Assembly (NCBI GenBank): GCA_037128515.1
Contig: JBAXWF010000007.1
Span: 5,021 to 69,020 of the forward strand
DNA length: 64,000 bases
Source: Bacteroidota bacterium
Lineage (GTDB): Bacteria > Bacteroidota > Bacteroidia > Bacteroidales > CAIWKO01
Direction: 5' to 3'
Shown here: in pieces, positions 35,626 through 45,438 of the stretch
Layout of the letters: each line of letters starts with the position of its first letter
Numbering within the stretch: the first letter of the stretch is position 1
Program-made: the position numbers and the translations under genes
The notes under the pieces: model-generated
Told to the model about the DNA's origin: nothing
Seen by the model: the letters and a program-made list of their open reading frames with translations, nothing else
Database searches by the model: none

Positions 35626-36654
35626 ATGAACGCTATACCTTTTTTTTTCGTTGTTGGTCGTGCCCGTTCCGGAACCACACTGTTGCGCTGCCTGCTTGAT
35701 GCGCACCCCGAAATAAGCATTCCGCTTGAATGTGCTTTTATAATTCACCTGCAAGGCAAGTATGGAAAATGCAGCCTGTGGGATACGCAAACCCTGCAAG
35801 AGTTTTACCATGACTTACTGAAATATCCCAAGTTTCATTTTTGGACAGTGGATACCGAGCAACTGAAAAAAGATTTGCAAGCCTGTGCAGGTGCAACCAC
35901 CTACAGCAGCATTTGTCGTGTGGTTTATGCCCATTTCAAATCGTTTTTTCCAAAAACCGACATCAAATTGCTTGGCGATAAAAACCCCTCCTACTCCTTT
36001 CACACCAAGCAACTAGTCAAGCTGTTTCCCGAGGCAAAGTTTATTCACATTACACGCGATTATCGCGACAATATTATCTCCATGATTCAAGCCAAGTTCG
36101 AAGCAAAAATATACAGCTCGCTTGCCTACCGTTGGAAATTTGCCAACAAACAAACCTTGAAGCAAAAAAACAAAACACCTGAAAAATTCTACACCCTACG
36201 GTATGAAGATTTGGTAGCTCTGCCTGAGTTTTATATGCGGCAAATTTGCGAATTTCTTGGCGTTGATTTTGTTCCCGAAATGATAAACTACCATGCCAAG
36301 CTCGATGAAATGCGGAAGATTTACCCCACCGACCTGATTAACCGACATCACAAAAGTTTGTTTCAACCCATAAATACCGATAAAATTTATGCCTGGAAAC
36401 ACCTTTTAACCGAAAAGCAAATAAAAATCTGTGACACTGTGGTAGGCCCCTTTGCCGAAAAAATGGGTTATGAACGAAAGTACCAACGTTCCGTTCTCAT
36501 GTATTTGTACTGTTTGCCGGGTATGTTTTATGGGCGTTTGCTTTATTTTGTGATGGGTGCCATTCACAAGCTGCCACTAAGCATACGCATGAAGCTGATT
36601 AACGCTTTAGCCATCCTTTTTAAACACGACTGGAAAATGTTTCAAAAATCGTGA
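35626..36654 (+). CDS. sulfotransferase paralog with C-terminal hydrophobic segment
   Basis: GRARSGTTLL, TRDYRDNIIS and a C-terminal LYCLPGMFYGRLLYFVMGAI. ATG at 35626 preferred over the track TTG at 35614. Confidence 0.8.
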   Translation: MNAIPFFFVVGRARSGTTLLRCLLDAHPEISIPLECAFIIHLQGKYGKCSLWDTQTLQEFYHDLLKYPKFHFWTVDTEQLKKDLQACAGATTYSSICRVVYAHFKSFFPKTDIKLLGDKNPSYSFHTKQLVKLFPEAKFIHITRDYRDNIISMIQAKFEAKIYSSLAYRWKFANKQTLKQKNKTPEKFYTLRYEDLVALPEFYMRQICEFLGVDFVPEMINYHAKLDEMRKIYPTDLINRHHKSLFQPINTDKIYAWKHLLTEKQIKICDTVVGPFAEKMGYERKYQRSVLMYLYCLPGMFYGRLLYFVMGAIHKLPLSIRMKLINALAILFKHDWKMFQKS

Positions 36655-36658
36655 TGCA

Positions 36659-37321
36659 CTATTGATAAACAATTTCAACTTTAGTTGCCAAAACCTGCGG
36701 TTGAGCGTAGGTTAATATTTTTTCCACACTTGCACGGGTTCCGTTAATTTTATCGTTGTCGTTAAAACTTAAAAGTATTTTTTCGTTCGATGGCAAATGC
36801 TGAATTACTTTCTTAAGTTTTTCGGCCTTTTCTTCAAAACGCGCTTGGGTAAGTTCCAATAACACATAGTCAAAATCATCGCCCGCATCAATAATAGCAA
36901 AACCCAATACCAAATTAAAATCAATTGCCCGTTTGTTTGATTTCAGCACTTTTATAAATGTTCTGTCCCATCCCAGAATATAAAAAGCAATTTCAATCAT
37001 TAAATACGAAACCAACAACGGCACAATTGAATTTACATAACGTGGGTCCCAAATAAAAAGACCCCCCTCCGAAATTTTGTGTTCCCAATCAATGTTTTTA
37101 TCGTTCACCAAACCAATTTTTTCCGCCTTGTATTCAATAATATAATAGAAATTATTGGCATTGTTAATGGATTTAAACCAGGCAACCTGCATTTCGGAAG
37201 TTATCAACTCCTGATATTGCATAAAAGAGCTAACTTCAGTGGAGTTGCGTTTTTGGCGCACAAATTCCAAATCCGCTTCGGTTAACCTGATGAGCGTAAT
37301 ACCATATTTGCTAATTATCAT
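36659..37321 (-). CDS. GNAT-family N-acyltransferase (PseH-like layout)
   Basis: LIRLTEADLEFVRQKRNS...Q..WF...IG.. pattern is typical of GNAT sugar N-acyltransferases. Overlaps the GT2 gene by 4 nt. Confidence 0.5.
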   Translation of the reverse strand: MIISKYGITLIRLTEADLEFVRQKRNSTEVSSFMQYQELITSEMQVAWFKSINNANNFYYIIEYKAEKIGLVNDKNIDWEHKISEGGLFIWDPRYVNSIVPLLVSYLMIEIAFYILGWDRTFIKVLKSNKRAIDFNLVLGFAIIDAGDDFDYVLLELTQARFEEKAEKLKKVIQHLPSNEKILLSFNDNDKINGTRASVEKILTYAQPQVLATKVEIVYQ

Positions 37322-38241
37322 AACAATGCCTGCTTGATGGCATAAGATGGTTTTTTGTTTTGAACCATATAGATGCGAATGAGGTATTCGCCAATAATAC
37401 CAAGACTAAAAATAATAATGCCAGTTGAAAACAAAATGGTTACGATGATGGAAGTGTAACCATGCGGAACATGAAGGAAGATTTTTTTTACGATAAAATA
37501 AATACCCAGAAAAAAGGAAAAGAAAGCGGCAAAAAAGCCTCCGTAAATCATTAGCTTTAGCGGAATGGCAGTATAATACAACATCAGGTTGAGGCTAAGT
37601 TTAAACAGTTTTATTTTGGAGTAGCCCGATTTGCCCGATTTTCTTTTTTCGTGTTCCACTTTAACAAACGAAATATCGCCGGTGTACCAAAGCAACAATT
37701 CATCAATAAAAACAAAATTTTGCGCATGTTCCAAAATCTGTTTACCGAGCTGTTTTGTGATAAATCGAAAGGAAGAACCTTCGCCAGGCGCATCGAACAA
37801 AACTTTTGCCGATTTTTTTATCATGCTGCTGCCCAAATTGCGAACCAAACTATGGCGTTTCTTTTTATAAAACCCATAAATTAAATCCGAACTGCTTTCG
37901 TTGTATTTTTCAATAAGTTTCGGAATCTCTTCGGGAGGATGCTGCAGGTCGTCGTCAATAGTGATAAAAAACTCGCCCGTGGCATGAGCCAATCCGCAAA
38001 AAATGGCATTATGCTGACCAAAATTATGAACAAAACGAATTGCTTTAATGCAATCGGGATTTTGTTTTTTAAGTTCAACCAAACACTTCCAACTTGTATC
38101 CGAGCTGCCGTCGTCAACAAAAATCACTTCATAGCTTTTGTTCAATTGGGCAAAACACTGCTGCAAACGCGAAAAAAGTTCGTGTAATGTACTACAACTG
38201 TTATAAACAGGAACAACGACCGAATATGCGATTTCTGACAT
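37318..38241 (-). CDS. family 2 glycosyltransferase, polyprenol-phosphate sugar transferase type (ArnC/GtrB-like)
   Basis: VVVPVYN, DDGSSD and DDDLQHPPEE motifs, plus two C-terminal TM helices. Confidence 0.8.
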   Translation of the reverse strand: MSEIAYSVVVPVYNSCSTLHELFSRLQQCFAQLNKSYEVIFVDDGSSDTSWKCLVELKKQNPDCIKAIRFVHNFGQHNAIFCGLAHATGEFFITIDDDLQHPPEEIPKLIEKYNESSSDLIYGFYKKKRHSLVRNLGSSMIKKSAKVLFDAPGEGSSFRFITKQLGKQILEHAQNFVFIDELLLWYTGDISFVKVEHEKRKSGKSGYSKIKLFKLSLNLMLYYTAIPLKLMIYGGFFAAFFSFFLGIYFIVKKIFLHVPHGYTSIIVTILFSTGIIIFSLGIIGEYLIRIYMVQNKKPSYAIKQALL

Positions 38242-38277
38242 ACTGATTTTTTCAGTACCAAAAGTACAAAAAATAAA

Positions 38278-39015
38278 TTACAAACTTCCGCCTAAAGGAA
38301 TATTAATGCCCGTTATCCATCGGGCTGCATCCGAAAGCAAGAAACAAACCGGTCCGGCCACATCTTGCGGTTCGCCGATACCAAGCGGGTGCAACATCTC
38401 GAATTTCTTCATGGCTTCGGGCGATGCATGCTGCTCAGTAGCATCATACATGGGCGTTCTAACAAAACCGGGCAACAAGCAATTCGAACGGATGCCTTTT
38501 GGTGCCAACTCCAGCGCCAACACCATCGAGAACCCTGACAGCGCTGATTTGGAACTAATGTATAATGAACCGCCGTAATAAGGAAACTTGGTTGCAATGG
38601 TTGAAAAAAACACAATGGAAGCATTATCAACCAATTTCTTTTTGCTTAATATCCTTGTGGTAAGCAAAACCGGTGCATAATAATTTATGCGCATCATTTC
38701 GTCTATATGGCGCGAACGTATAAATTTGACTGGTATGGGAGCCGTAATACCTGCACAATGCACCAATCCGTTCAGTTGTGGCAATTCATCAACCAATTTC
38801 TCTATGCTTTCATCTGTCGAAATATCGGCAATTATTTGCTTATGTCCAGCACCATGCAGTTTCGTAAATGTTTCATTTAAACGCCCGGCATCTCTACCCG
38901 AAATAACAACTTTTCCGCCACATTCAGCAATTGTAATGGCACATTGTTTTCCAATTCCTGACGAAGCCCCCGTAACTAAAATTGTTTTTCCGCTTAAATC
39001 AAAAATATTGTGCAT
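38278..39015 (-). CDS. SDR-family oxidoreductase (3-oxoacyl-ACP reductase-like)
   Basis: TGASSGIG cofactor motif and YxxxK (YISSK). Confidence 0.8.
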   Translation of the reverse strand: MHNIFDLSGKTILVTGASSGIGKQCAITIAECGGKVVISGRDAGRLNETFTKLHGAGHKQIIADISTDESIEKLVDELPQLNGLVHCAGITAPIPVKFIRSRHIDEMMRINYYAPVLLTTRILSKKKLVDNASIVFFSTIATKFPYYGGSLYISSKSALSGFSMVLALELAPKGIRSNCLLPGFVRTPMYDATEQHASPEAMKKFEMLHPLGIGEPQDVAGPVCFLLSDAARWITGINIPLGGSL

Positions 39016-39027
39016 ACAGTTTTAGCT

Positions 39028-40080
39028 TTACAATTCGATAATTTCAGGACAGCAGATATTTTCCGTTTCTGTATAAACCGACCCCCACGACAATCCAACG
39101 CCAAATCCACAAATGAGCATCTTTAATTTCTGTGCATTCACCTTTTGTCGCAATTCCGAAACAATGGTTGTTGGTATAGAAGCCGAACTGGTATTTCCGA
39201 ATCTATTCAAAGAATAAGGCACTTTTTCGGGTATCAGTTTTAGTTTTTTTCGAACCGACTCGTTAATCAGTAAATTTGCCTGATGAAACAAAAAATAATC
39301 GATACTATCAATTGGAATAGTGAAATGATTCAGCAAAGCAATAACACTGGGAGCCACCTCGCGAAGCGAAAAATTAAAAACTGCATATCCATCAAGCGCA
39401 ATTTGTAGTTTATTTCTGATAATTCCTTTGCCGTAACTTTTATATTCGAAAGATTTTTTGGTAGGATAATTTCGCATACCACCATCGGGAATAATAATGG
39501 CTTTGTAGCCCGAACCGTCTGATTGCAAATTGAAACACATTGGCGAAGCGGTTTCATCATATTCCAAAGCGGTTGCGGCACCTGCATCGCCAAACAAAGG
39601 ATACGACGTTTTATCGCGATACGATGCCAGGGGAGTTACGTCGCCAATTAGCATCAGGGCTTTTTTTATGTTGCAATGCGCAATGTAATTTGCAATGGTT
39701 GATAATCCATACACATAGCCGGAGCAACCCAAATTTATATCAATTGCCAAGCACGATTTTGGCAATCCCAGTTTGTCCTGAAGTATACATGCTGTAGCCG
39801 GAAGCAAATAATCACGCGACTGTGATACAAAAACAATCAGTTCGATTTCTTCTTTGTTCCACCGAAGTTCTTCAATCAGCTTTTTTGCTGCTTCAAAGCA
39901 CAAATCGGAGGCGGTCATTCCTTTGGTAACAATGCGTTTTTCCACAACACCTATTTTCTTTATCAACAGTTCACGCTCTTTGGCACCAATCCATTTGTAA
40001 TCTTTATTTGCTACAATGTTTTTCGGAACGCAAGTGCTTATGCCGGCAATTCGGGTGTTGGGAATGCTAAAAAATGCCAT
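39028..40080 (-). CDS. 3-oxoacyl-ACP synthase III (FabH-like)
   Basis: LGCSGYVYGL active-site Cys, HQAN, GNTSSASIP. Confidence 0.8.
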   Translation of the reverse strand: MAFFSIPNTRIAGISTCVPKNIVANKDYKWIGAKERELLIKKIGVVEKRIVTKGMTASDLCFEAAKKLIEELRWNKEEIELIVFVSQSRDYLLPATACILQDKLGLPKSCLAIDINLGCSGYVYGLSTIANYIAHCNIKKALMLIGDVTPLASYRDKTSYPLFGDAGAATALEYDETASPMCFNLQSDGSGYKAIIIPDGGMRNYPTKKSFEYKSYGKGIIRNKLQIALDGYAVFNFSLREVAPSVIALLNHFTIPIDSIDYFLFHQANLLINESVRKKLKLIPEKVPYSLNRFGNTSSASIPTTIVSELRQKVNAQKLKMLICGFGVGLSWGSVYTETENICCPEIIEL

Positions 40081-40316
40081 TATTTTGCCGCCTTTAATAA
40101 GACAATATTAAATAAATCCTGAACTGTTTTTGATTTCTGAAAATCTTCGGCTACCAACATCACATCGTATTCGCTGTCTACTAATGCTATCATAGTAAGT
40201 GCATTTACAGAATTCCAATCGAATATTTCGCGAAAGCGACTTTCGGGTTTCATTTTGCCGGGTTCAAGGTCTTCGAACTCATTTTCAATTTTTAGTATAA
40301 AATCTGCTATATTCAT
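40080..40316 (-). CDS. acyl carrier protein
   Basis: 78 aa, acidic, with a DWNSVNAL phosphopantetheine-site-like motif. TAATG overlap with the KAS III start. Confidence 0.65.
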   Translation of the reverse strand: MNIADFILKIENEFEDLEPGKMKPESRFREIFDWNSVNALTMIALVDSEYDVMLVAEDFQKSKTVQDLFNIVLLKAAK

Positions 40317-40369
40317 ATAGTGTTTACATTATTTTCAAAGGTAATGCATTTTTTTAAGTTGTACGATTA

Positions 40370-41902
40370 TCATTCAAAAAATCCTTCAAATGAATTTCGA
40401 AGTTTAAAATGAGTTCCAAACAATCTGTTGATAATTTTGAACGAATACAAAACAATATTGGCTTCAATAGGGAATTTAAGATTTTTGTGTTTAAAGCGCC
40501 AACGAGTTAAATTATAAAACATCATGTTTAAAACAAATACAAATGGGCGGAAATACCAAACAGCATTTTTATATAAATGACTATTGGCTAAGGGCAAATA
40601 AAATTCGAGAAAACGCCAGGCTTGGTAGTATAATTTTTTCTCCACCCAAGGCATTCTTGAATGTTTCCAGGTTTCATCGGCCCAAGAATTTAATGAGTTG
40701 GGAGGATGATAGCCGCTTTCTAAAGCCAATTTAAACAAATCGGTTCCCGGATAAGGTGTATAGAAACTTAAAAGCGCTCTAAAATTTGAATCAATAAGCT
40801 TCGCATCCATTAATAAATTCAATGTGGCATCAAAATCACGTTTCGGATGAACCGGAAAACAAACCATAACAGTATAAAAAGTTTGAATACCGTGCTTACT
40901 AAACAAATTGGAACAGGCAATATTATCTTCCACTTTGTTGTTTTTGGCTAATAAATCAAGAACAACCTGGTCGCCCGACTCCGCTCCAATAGATATCATG
41001 CATCCACCAGATTTGCGAATGATATTAAAATCATCGTCTTTAAAATATTTCAGAAAATGAGAGGCATGACCTTGGGTTATCCATTTTAAATTGAGCTGTC
41101 GACGAATTATTTCATGGCAAAGTTGAAGAACAAACTCCCGATTTACGAAAAAATTATCATCATCAAATTTCACTCCATCAATCTGACCAACCTTAATAAA
41201 GTACTCCAGTTCGTCAATAATTTCGGGCACAGTTTTGTGATACCATTTTTGTTGATACACCAATGCTAAACTACAAAAACTACATTTGTAAGGGCAGCCT
41301 TGTGTTGTAATATAACGGATGGACCGTTCGGCATAATGATTTTTGTAAATATATTTGCGAATATCAATAAGCGTGTAATCTATTTTGGGAAATGAAAACG
41401 GATCGGTATATTTTTCGCGAGGGTTTACAATGATTTTTTGATTGTGCTTATAACCCAATCCAGGAATGGTTTCAACACTGCTATTATTCAATAAAGCTAT
41501 GATAAGATTGCGCAATGGCACTTCGCCCTGACCTGTTATAACAAAATCGACGAGGTGGTTTTCTAGAGTTTCTTCGGGAAGTATGGTAGCATGCCAACCA
41601 CCCCAAACAATAGGAGATTGAGTAATTTGTTTAACAATAGTTGAAAAACCTAACGCACCAACCAGTTGAAAACCTGTCATCGAAGAAACACCAACAAGCA
41701 ACAGTCTATCTTTAAATTCTTCAATTATGGGTTGATAATCGGGCGAAACAAATTCATCAATAAGAATAATATTGAGGTTAAGATCGCGAAGATTTCTTTC
41801 CAAAAAAAGCAATGAATAAGGTACCCTGGCTTTTTTGTTGCCCGACTTCCAAGGCACCGGATGAAAAAGTATGATGGTATCTTTTATCATTATTGTTTGC
41901 AC
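40370..41902 (-). CDS. B12-binding-domain radical SAM protein
   Basis: N-terminal cobalamin-binding-like domain followed by TTQGCPYKCSFCS (CX3CX2C). Confidence 0.8.
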   Translation of the reverse strand: MQTIMIKDTIILFHPVPWKSGNKKARVPYSLLFLERNLRDLNLNIILIDEFVSPDYQPIIEEFKDRLLLVGVSSMTGFQLVGALGFSTIVKQITQSPIVWGGWHATILPEETLENHLVDFVITGQGEVPLRNLIIALLNNSSVETIPGLGYKHNQKIIVNPREKYTDPFSFPKIDYTLIDIRKYIYKNHYAERSIRYITTQGCPYKCSFCSLALVYQQKWYHKTVPEIIDELEYFIKVGQIDGVKFDDDNFFVNREFVLQLCHEIIRRQLNLKWITQGHASHFLKYFKDDDFNIIRKSGGCMISIGAESGDQVVLDLLAKNNKVEDNIACSNLFSKHGIQTFYTVMVCFPVHPKRDFDATLNLLMDAKLIDSNFRALLSFYTPYPGTDLFKLALESGYHPPNSLNSWADETWKHSRMPWVEKKLYYQAWRFLEFYLPLANSHLYKNAVWYFRPFVFVLNMMFYNLTRWRFKHKNLKFPIEANIVLYSFKIINRLFGTHFKLRNSFEGFFE

Positions 41903-41991
41903 AACTTAAATTGAAATAACTATTGTTTATAAAACGTAAAAAACACAAATTAACTGGTACTAGAAAAATATATCAAACTGTAGGTACAAAT

Positions 41992-42411
41992 TTATTTACT
42001 AATGAATGATTCAATTGCCAAACGATAGGAATCGAGCCCGAAACCCGAAATAATACCCCGGCAACCCGCCGCTATTAATGATATGTGGCGAAACTCTTCG
42101 CGAGAAAAAATATTAGAAATATGCACTTCAATCACCGGTGTAGCTATAGCTTTCACTGCATCGGCAATTGCAACCGAGGTGTGAGTATACCCACCGGCAT
42201 TCAAAATAATACCATCGTAGGCAAAACCTGTTTCATGAATTTTGTTAATAATCTCGCCTTCCACATTGGTTTGAAAATACTCAAGACGATGGCCATTAAA
42301 TTTCACCACCAACTGAGCAAAGTACTCGGTAAATGTTTTTTCACCATAAATATTCTTTTCTCTAACTCCAATGAGATTAAGATTTGGTCCGTTGATAATA
42401 ATAATTTTCAT
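41992..42411 (-). CDS. aroQ: type II 3-dehydroquinate dehydratase
   Basis: INGPNLNLIGVRE, NAGGYTHTSVA, EVHISNI. Confidence 0.9.
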   Translation of the reverse strand: MKIIIINGPNLNLIGVREKNIYGEKTFTEYFAQLVVKFNGHRLEYFQTNVEGEIINKIHETGFAYDGIILNAGGYTHTSVAIADAVKAIATPVIEVHISNIFSREEFRHISLIAAGCRGIISGFGLDSYRLAIESFISK

Positions 42412-42477
42412 GCTATAAAGTTTTACGCCTATTCAAAGCAGATTTGTGTTTTAGGGTGATTTCCCATAAGGATTGAT

Positions 42478-42725
42478 GTGCTACTTTTAACTACAAATAT
42501 ACACTATTTGGTTTACACAATTAGAACATACACTATTTCATGTCAACCGAAGCACATTTTTTACAAAGCAAACCACTTCATAGCCAAGCATAGCTCTTTT
42601 CGCTTCAAACATAGCATTTTTCATATTAAACATGAGGTCTCCAGCATCAAACATAACACCCTTCTGTTCAAATAGGAGGTCAGGTGCTCAAGCATGAAAC
42701 ATTTTTAGACAAACATGAAACAAGT
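42478..42725. repeat. tandem minisatellite D: about 8 units of 21 bp (42560-42725), preceded by a 30-bp direct repeat
   Basis: AAAC/AAGC-AT core at 42586, 42607, 42628, 42649, 42670, 42691 and 42712. ATACACTATTT is repeated at 42497 and 42527. Confidence 0.8.
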
Positions 42726-42773
42726 GTATTGCTTTTAATTGCAATAAAATTGCAATACGGTTAAAATAAATCA

Positions 42774-42781
42774 TACATTTG
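42774..42781 (+). promoter_or_regulatory. -7 promoter box TACATTTG preceding the riboswitch
   Basis: Exact TAnnTTTG about 10 nt upstream of the riboswitch 5' end. Confidence 0.45.
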
Positions 42782-42787
42782 TCACAG

Positions 42788-42880
42788 TTTTCTTAATAGG
42801 GGTGCCTTAATACATACGGGCTGAGATTAAACCCTCTGAACCTGATCCGGATAATGCCGGCGTAGGGAGTAAGGGTAAAC
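42788..42880 (+). promoter_or_regulatory. TPP (THI-box) riboswitch
   Basis: aggggtgcc...ggctgagat...accctctgaacctgatccggataatgccggcgtagggag matches the conserved THI element core (GGGGUGC, CUGAGA, ACCUGAUCCGGAUAAUGCCGGCG, AGGGA). Confidence 0.9.
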
Positions 42881-42940
42881 TTAATGGATGGTATTTGCCT
42901 CTGACACCATCGCGAAGTTTAACAGAAAAATAAAAAAGTC

Positions 42941-45316
42941 ATGAAAAAAGTTTTGTTCTGTTTGGTCATTCCAATGCTATTACCAATAATCAGCCTGGCT
43001 CAATTCAATATTTCCGGACACGTTTCGGATAAAAATTCGGCCGCCAAACTTTCGGGAGCATCAATAGGTATCGAAGGTTTGTTTATTGGAACAATTAGTG
43101 ATGATGAAGGAAACTTCACCATCAAAAATCTTAAAAAGGGCGTTTACAAGCTGCGAATTACTTTTATGGGGTATGCTGATTTGTTGAAGACCGTGGAAGT
43201 TTCACAAAACACCAGCGTCAATATAGAGATGTCAAAAAACACGATATTGCAGGAGGAAGTAATTATAAGCGCAACGCGAACCTCAGAAAATCAGGCGAGC
43301 ACTTTTACAAACATCAACAAAAAACAACTAGCCGAATTAAATCATGGACAGGATTTGCCTTATTTGCTGAATACAACGCCGGCCCTAGTTAGCAGTTCGG
43401 ATGCCGGAAATGGGGTTGGGTATACATCATTGCGCATTCGTGGGAGCGATTTAACGCGAATTAATGTAACTATAAATGGGATTCCGGTGAATGATGCCGA
43501 ATCGCAAGGAGTTTTTTGGGTTGATATGCCCGATTTGGCCTCGTCGATTGATAATGTTCAAATACAACGTGGCATTGGCACATCAACCAATGGATCGGCG
43601 GCTTTTGGTGCCAGTATAAATTTTCAGACTACGAAACTCAACCCAAAGCCTTATGCGGTGTATGATTTAGAATATGGTTCGTTTAACACCTGGAAACACT
43701 CGCTTATGGCTGGCACGGGATTGATTGAAAATCATTGGGCCTTTGATGTTCGCTTATCGAAACTAAACTCTGACGGCTATATTGAAAGGGCTTCAACCGA
43801 CTTGAAATCGTTGTTTTTTAGTGGTGGCTATTATGGCAAGAATACGCTATTGAAAGTTGTTGTATTTTCGGGTAAGGAAAAAACGTATCAGGCCTGGAAT
43901 GGTGTTCCTAAGGATTCGTTGAAAACCCATCGCAGATACAACCCTTTTACTTACGAAAATCAGACCGACAATTACCAACAAGATAACTACCAGCTATTAT
44001 TTTCGCAGGGCATAGGAAAACGATTTTTGGTAAATGCGGCTTTGCATTATACTTATGGGCGAGGGTACTATGAAGAATATATGTCAGAGGATGATTTTTC
44101 TAAATATGGACTACCCTATCCAATTATTGGGAATGATACGATTGCAACAACAAATTTGATACGACAGAAATGGTTGAATAATCATTTTTATGGGTTTACT
44201 TTCTCAGGAACTTACAATAATCATAGAAATTTGAAGATTACGCTAGGTGGCGCCGGAAACAAGTATGAGGGTGATCATTACGGAAAAATTATTTGGGCGC
44301 AATATGCAAGCGAAACTCCAATAAATTATCAATGGTATGATAATGGTTCATTAAAAAGCGAAATGAGTCTTTATGGAAAAGTGGAATACAATCCGATAAA
44401 AAAAATTACTGCATACTTAGATTTGCAATACCGAACAATATATTTCGGCTTGGATGGCATGGACGATAAACTGCGGAACATTACACAAAAACATAATTTT
44501 AGTTTTTTCAATCCGAAGATTGGCTTTAACTACGATATTACGAATAAGCACAGGGTATACTTGGCTTTGGCCCTATCGAACCGCGAACCCAATGGGAATA
44601 ATTTTGCCGATGCAAATCCCTTGAATCCTTTGCCAAAGCCAGAAACTATGTATAATGCTGAGCTTGGCTATACTTTCAACAGCAAGTATGTTACTACAAC
44701 CCTGAATGGCTATTACATGTATTATAATAAGCAGTTGGTGTTAACCGGTGCGATTAACGATGTGGGCTATGCTATTATGACCAACGTGGCGCAAAGCTAT
44801 CGTGCAGGGATTGAAATTTGTGCAGCAGCACGGTTGTTTAAACGCTTTACATGGGAAATGAATGCCTGTTTCAGTCAGAATAAAATTTTGGGATTTACCG
44901 AATTTGTGGATGATTGGGATCATGGCGGGCAAATTGAAAACAAGATTGGGAAAACTAATATTGCTTTTTCGCCCACAGTGGTTGCATCGAATACTTTTGC
45001 GTATAATTTTATTGAAAACTTTACTATTTCGTTGATGACGAAGTATGTGAGTCGCCAATATATAGACAATACCACGAGCATGGACCGTTCGTTGAAACCC
45101 TATTGTGTTTCGGATGTGGTGATGGATTATGCTTTCAAGCTTGGAATTATTAAAGAAATACGCGTAACGCTGATGCTGAACAATATTTTTAACTTGCAGT
45201 ACGAAAACAATGCCTGGGTGTATCGCTATTATAATAATGGAACCTATAATGCATCGGATGGGTATTTTCCTCAGGCAGGAATTAACTTTTTGGCTGGTTT
45301 AAAAGTGAGATTCTAA
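42941..45316 (+). CDS. TonB-dependent receptor with N-terminal carboxypeptidase-regulatory-like domain (predicted thiamine-related uptake)
   Basis: Signal peptide, CarbopepD_reg-like domain (GHVSD...LSGASI), plug (DAESQGVFWVDMPD), long beta-barrel, and terminal F. Preceded by the TPP riboswitch. Confidence 0.85.
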   Translation: MKKVLFCLVIPMLLPIISLAQFNISGHVSDKNSAAKLSGASIGIEGLFIGTISDDEGNFTIKNLKKGVYKLRITFMGYADLLKTVEVSQNTSVNIEMSKNTILQEEVIISATRTSENQASTFTNINKKQLAELNHGQDLPYLLNTTPALVSSSDAGNGVGYTSLRIRGSDLTRINVTINGIPVNDAESQGVFWVDMPDLASSIDNVQIQRGIGTSTNGSAAFGASINFQTTKLNPKPYAVYDLEYGSFNTWKHSLMAGTGLIENHWAFDVRLSKLNSDGYIERASTDLKSLFFSGGYYGKNTLLKVVVFSGKEKTYQAWNGVPKDSLKTHRRYNPFTYENQTDNYQQDNYQLLFSQGIGKRFLVNAALHYTYGRGYYEEYMSEDDFSKYGLPYPIIGNDTIATTNLIRQKWLNNHFYGFTFSGTYNNHRNLKITLGGAGNKYEGDHYGKIIWAQYASETPINYQWYDNGSLKSEMSLYGKVEYNPIKKITAYLDLQYRTIYFGLDGMDDKLRNITQKHNFSFFNPKIGFNYDITNKHRVYLALALSNREPNGNNFADANPLNPLPKPETMYNAELGYTFNSKYVTTTLNGYYMYYNKQLVLTGAINDVGYAIMTNVAQSYRAGIEICAAARLFKRFTWEMNACFSQNKILGFTEFVDDWDHGGQIENKIGKTNIAFSPTVVASNTFAYNFIENFTISLMTKYVSRQYIDNTTSMDRSLKPYCVSDVVMDYAFKLGIIKEIRVTLMLNNIFNLQYENNAWVYRYYNNGTYNASDGYFPQAGINFLAGLKVRF

Positions 45317-45430
45317 TAGTATAAAACAATGCACTTTGGGTGATAGGATTTGTGATTAAAAAAAGTTGATATTTATTTTGAATTTGTTTATTGTTTCCAT
45401 TGCTATAGCAATCCTTTGGAAATTAATGCA

Positions 45431-45438
45431 TACCTTTG
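45431..45438 (+). promoter_or_regulatory. -7 promoter box TACCTTTG
   Basis: Exact TAnnTTTG about 158 nt upstream of the EF-G ATG. Confidence 0.35.
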
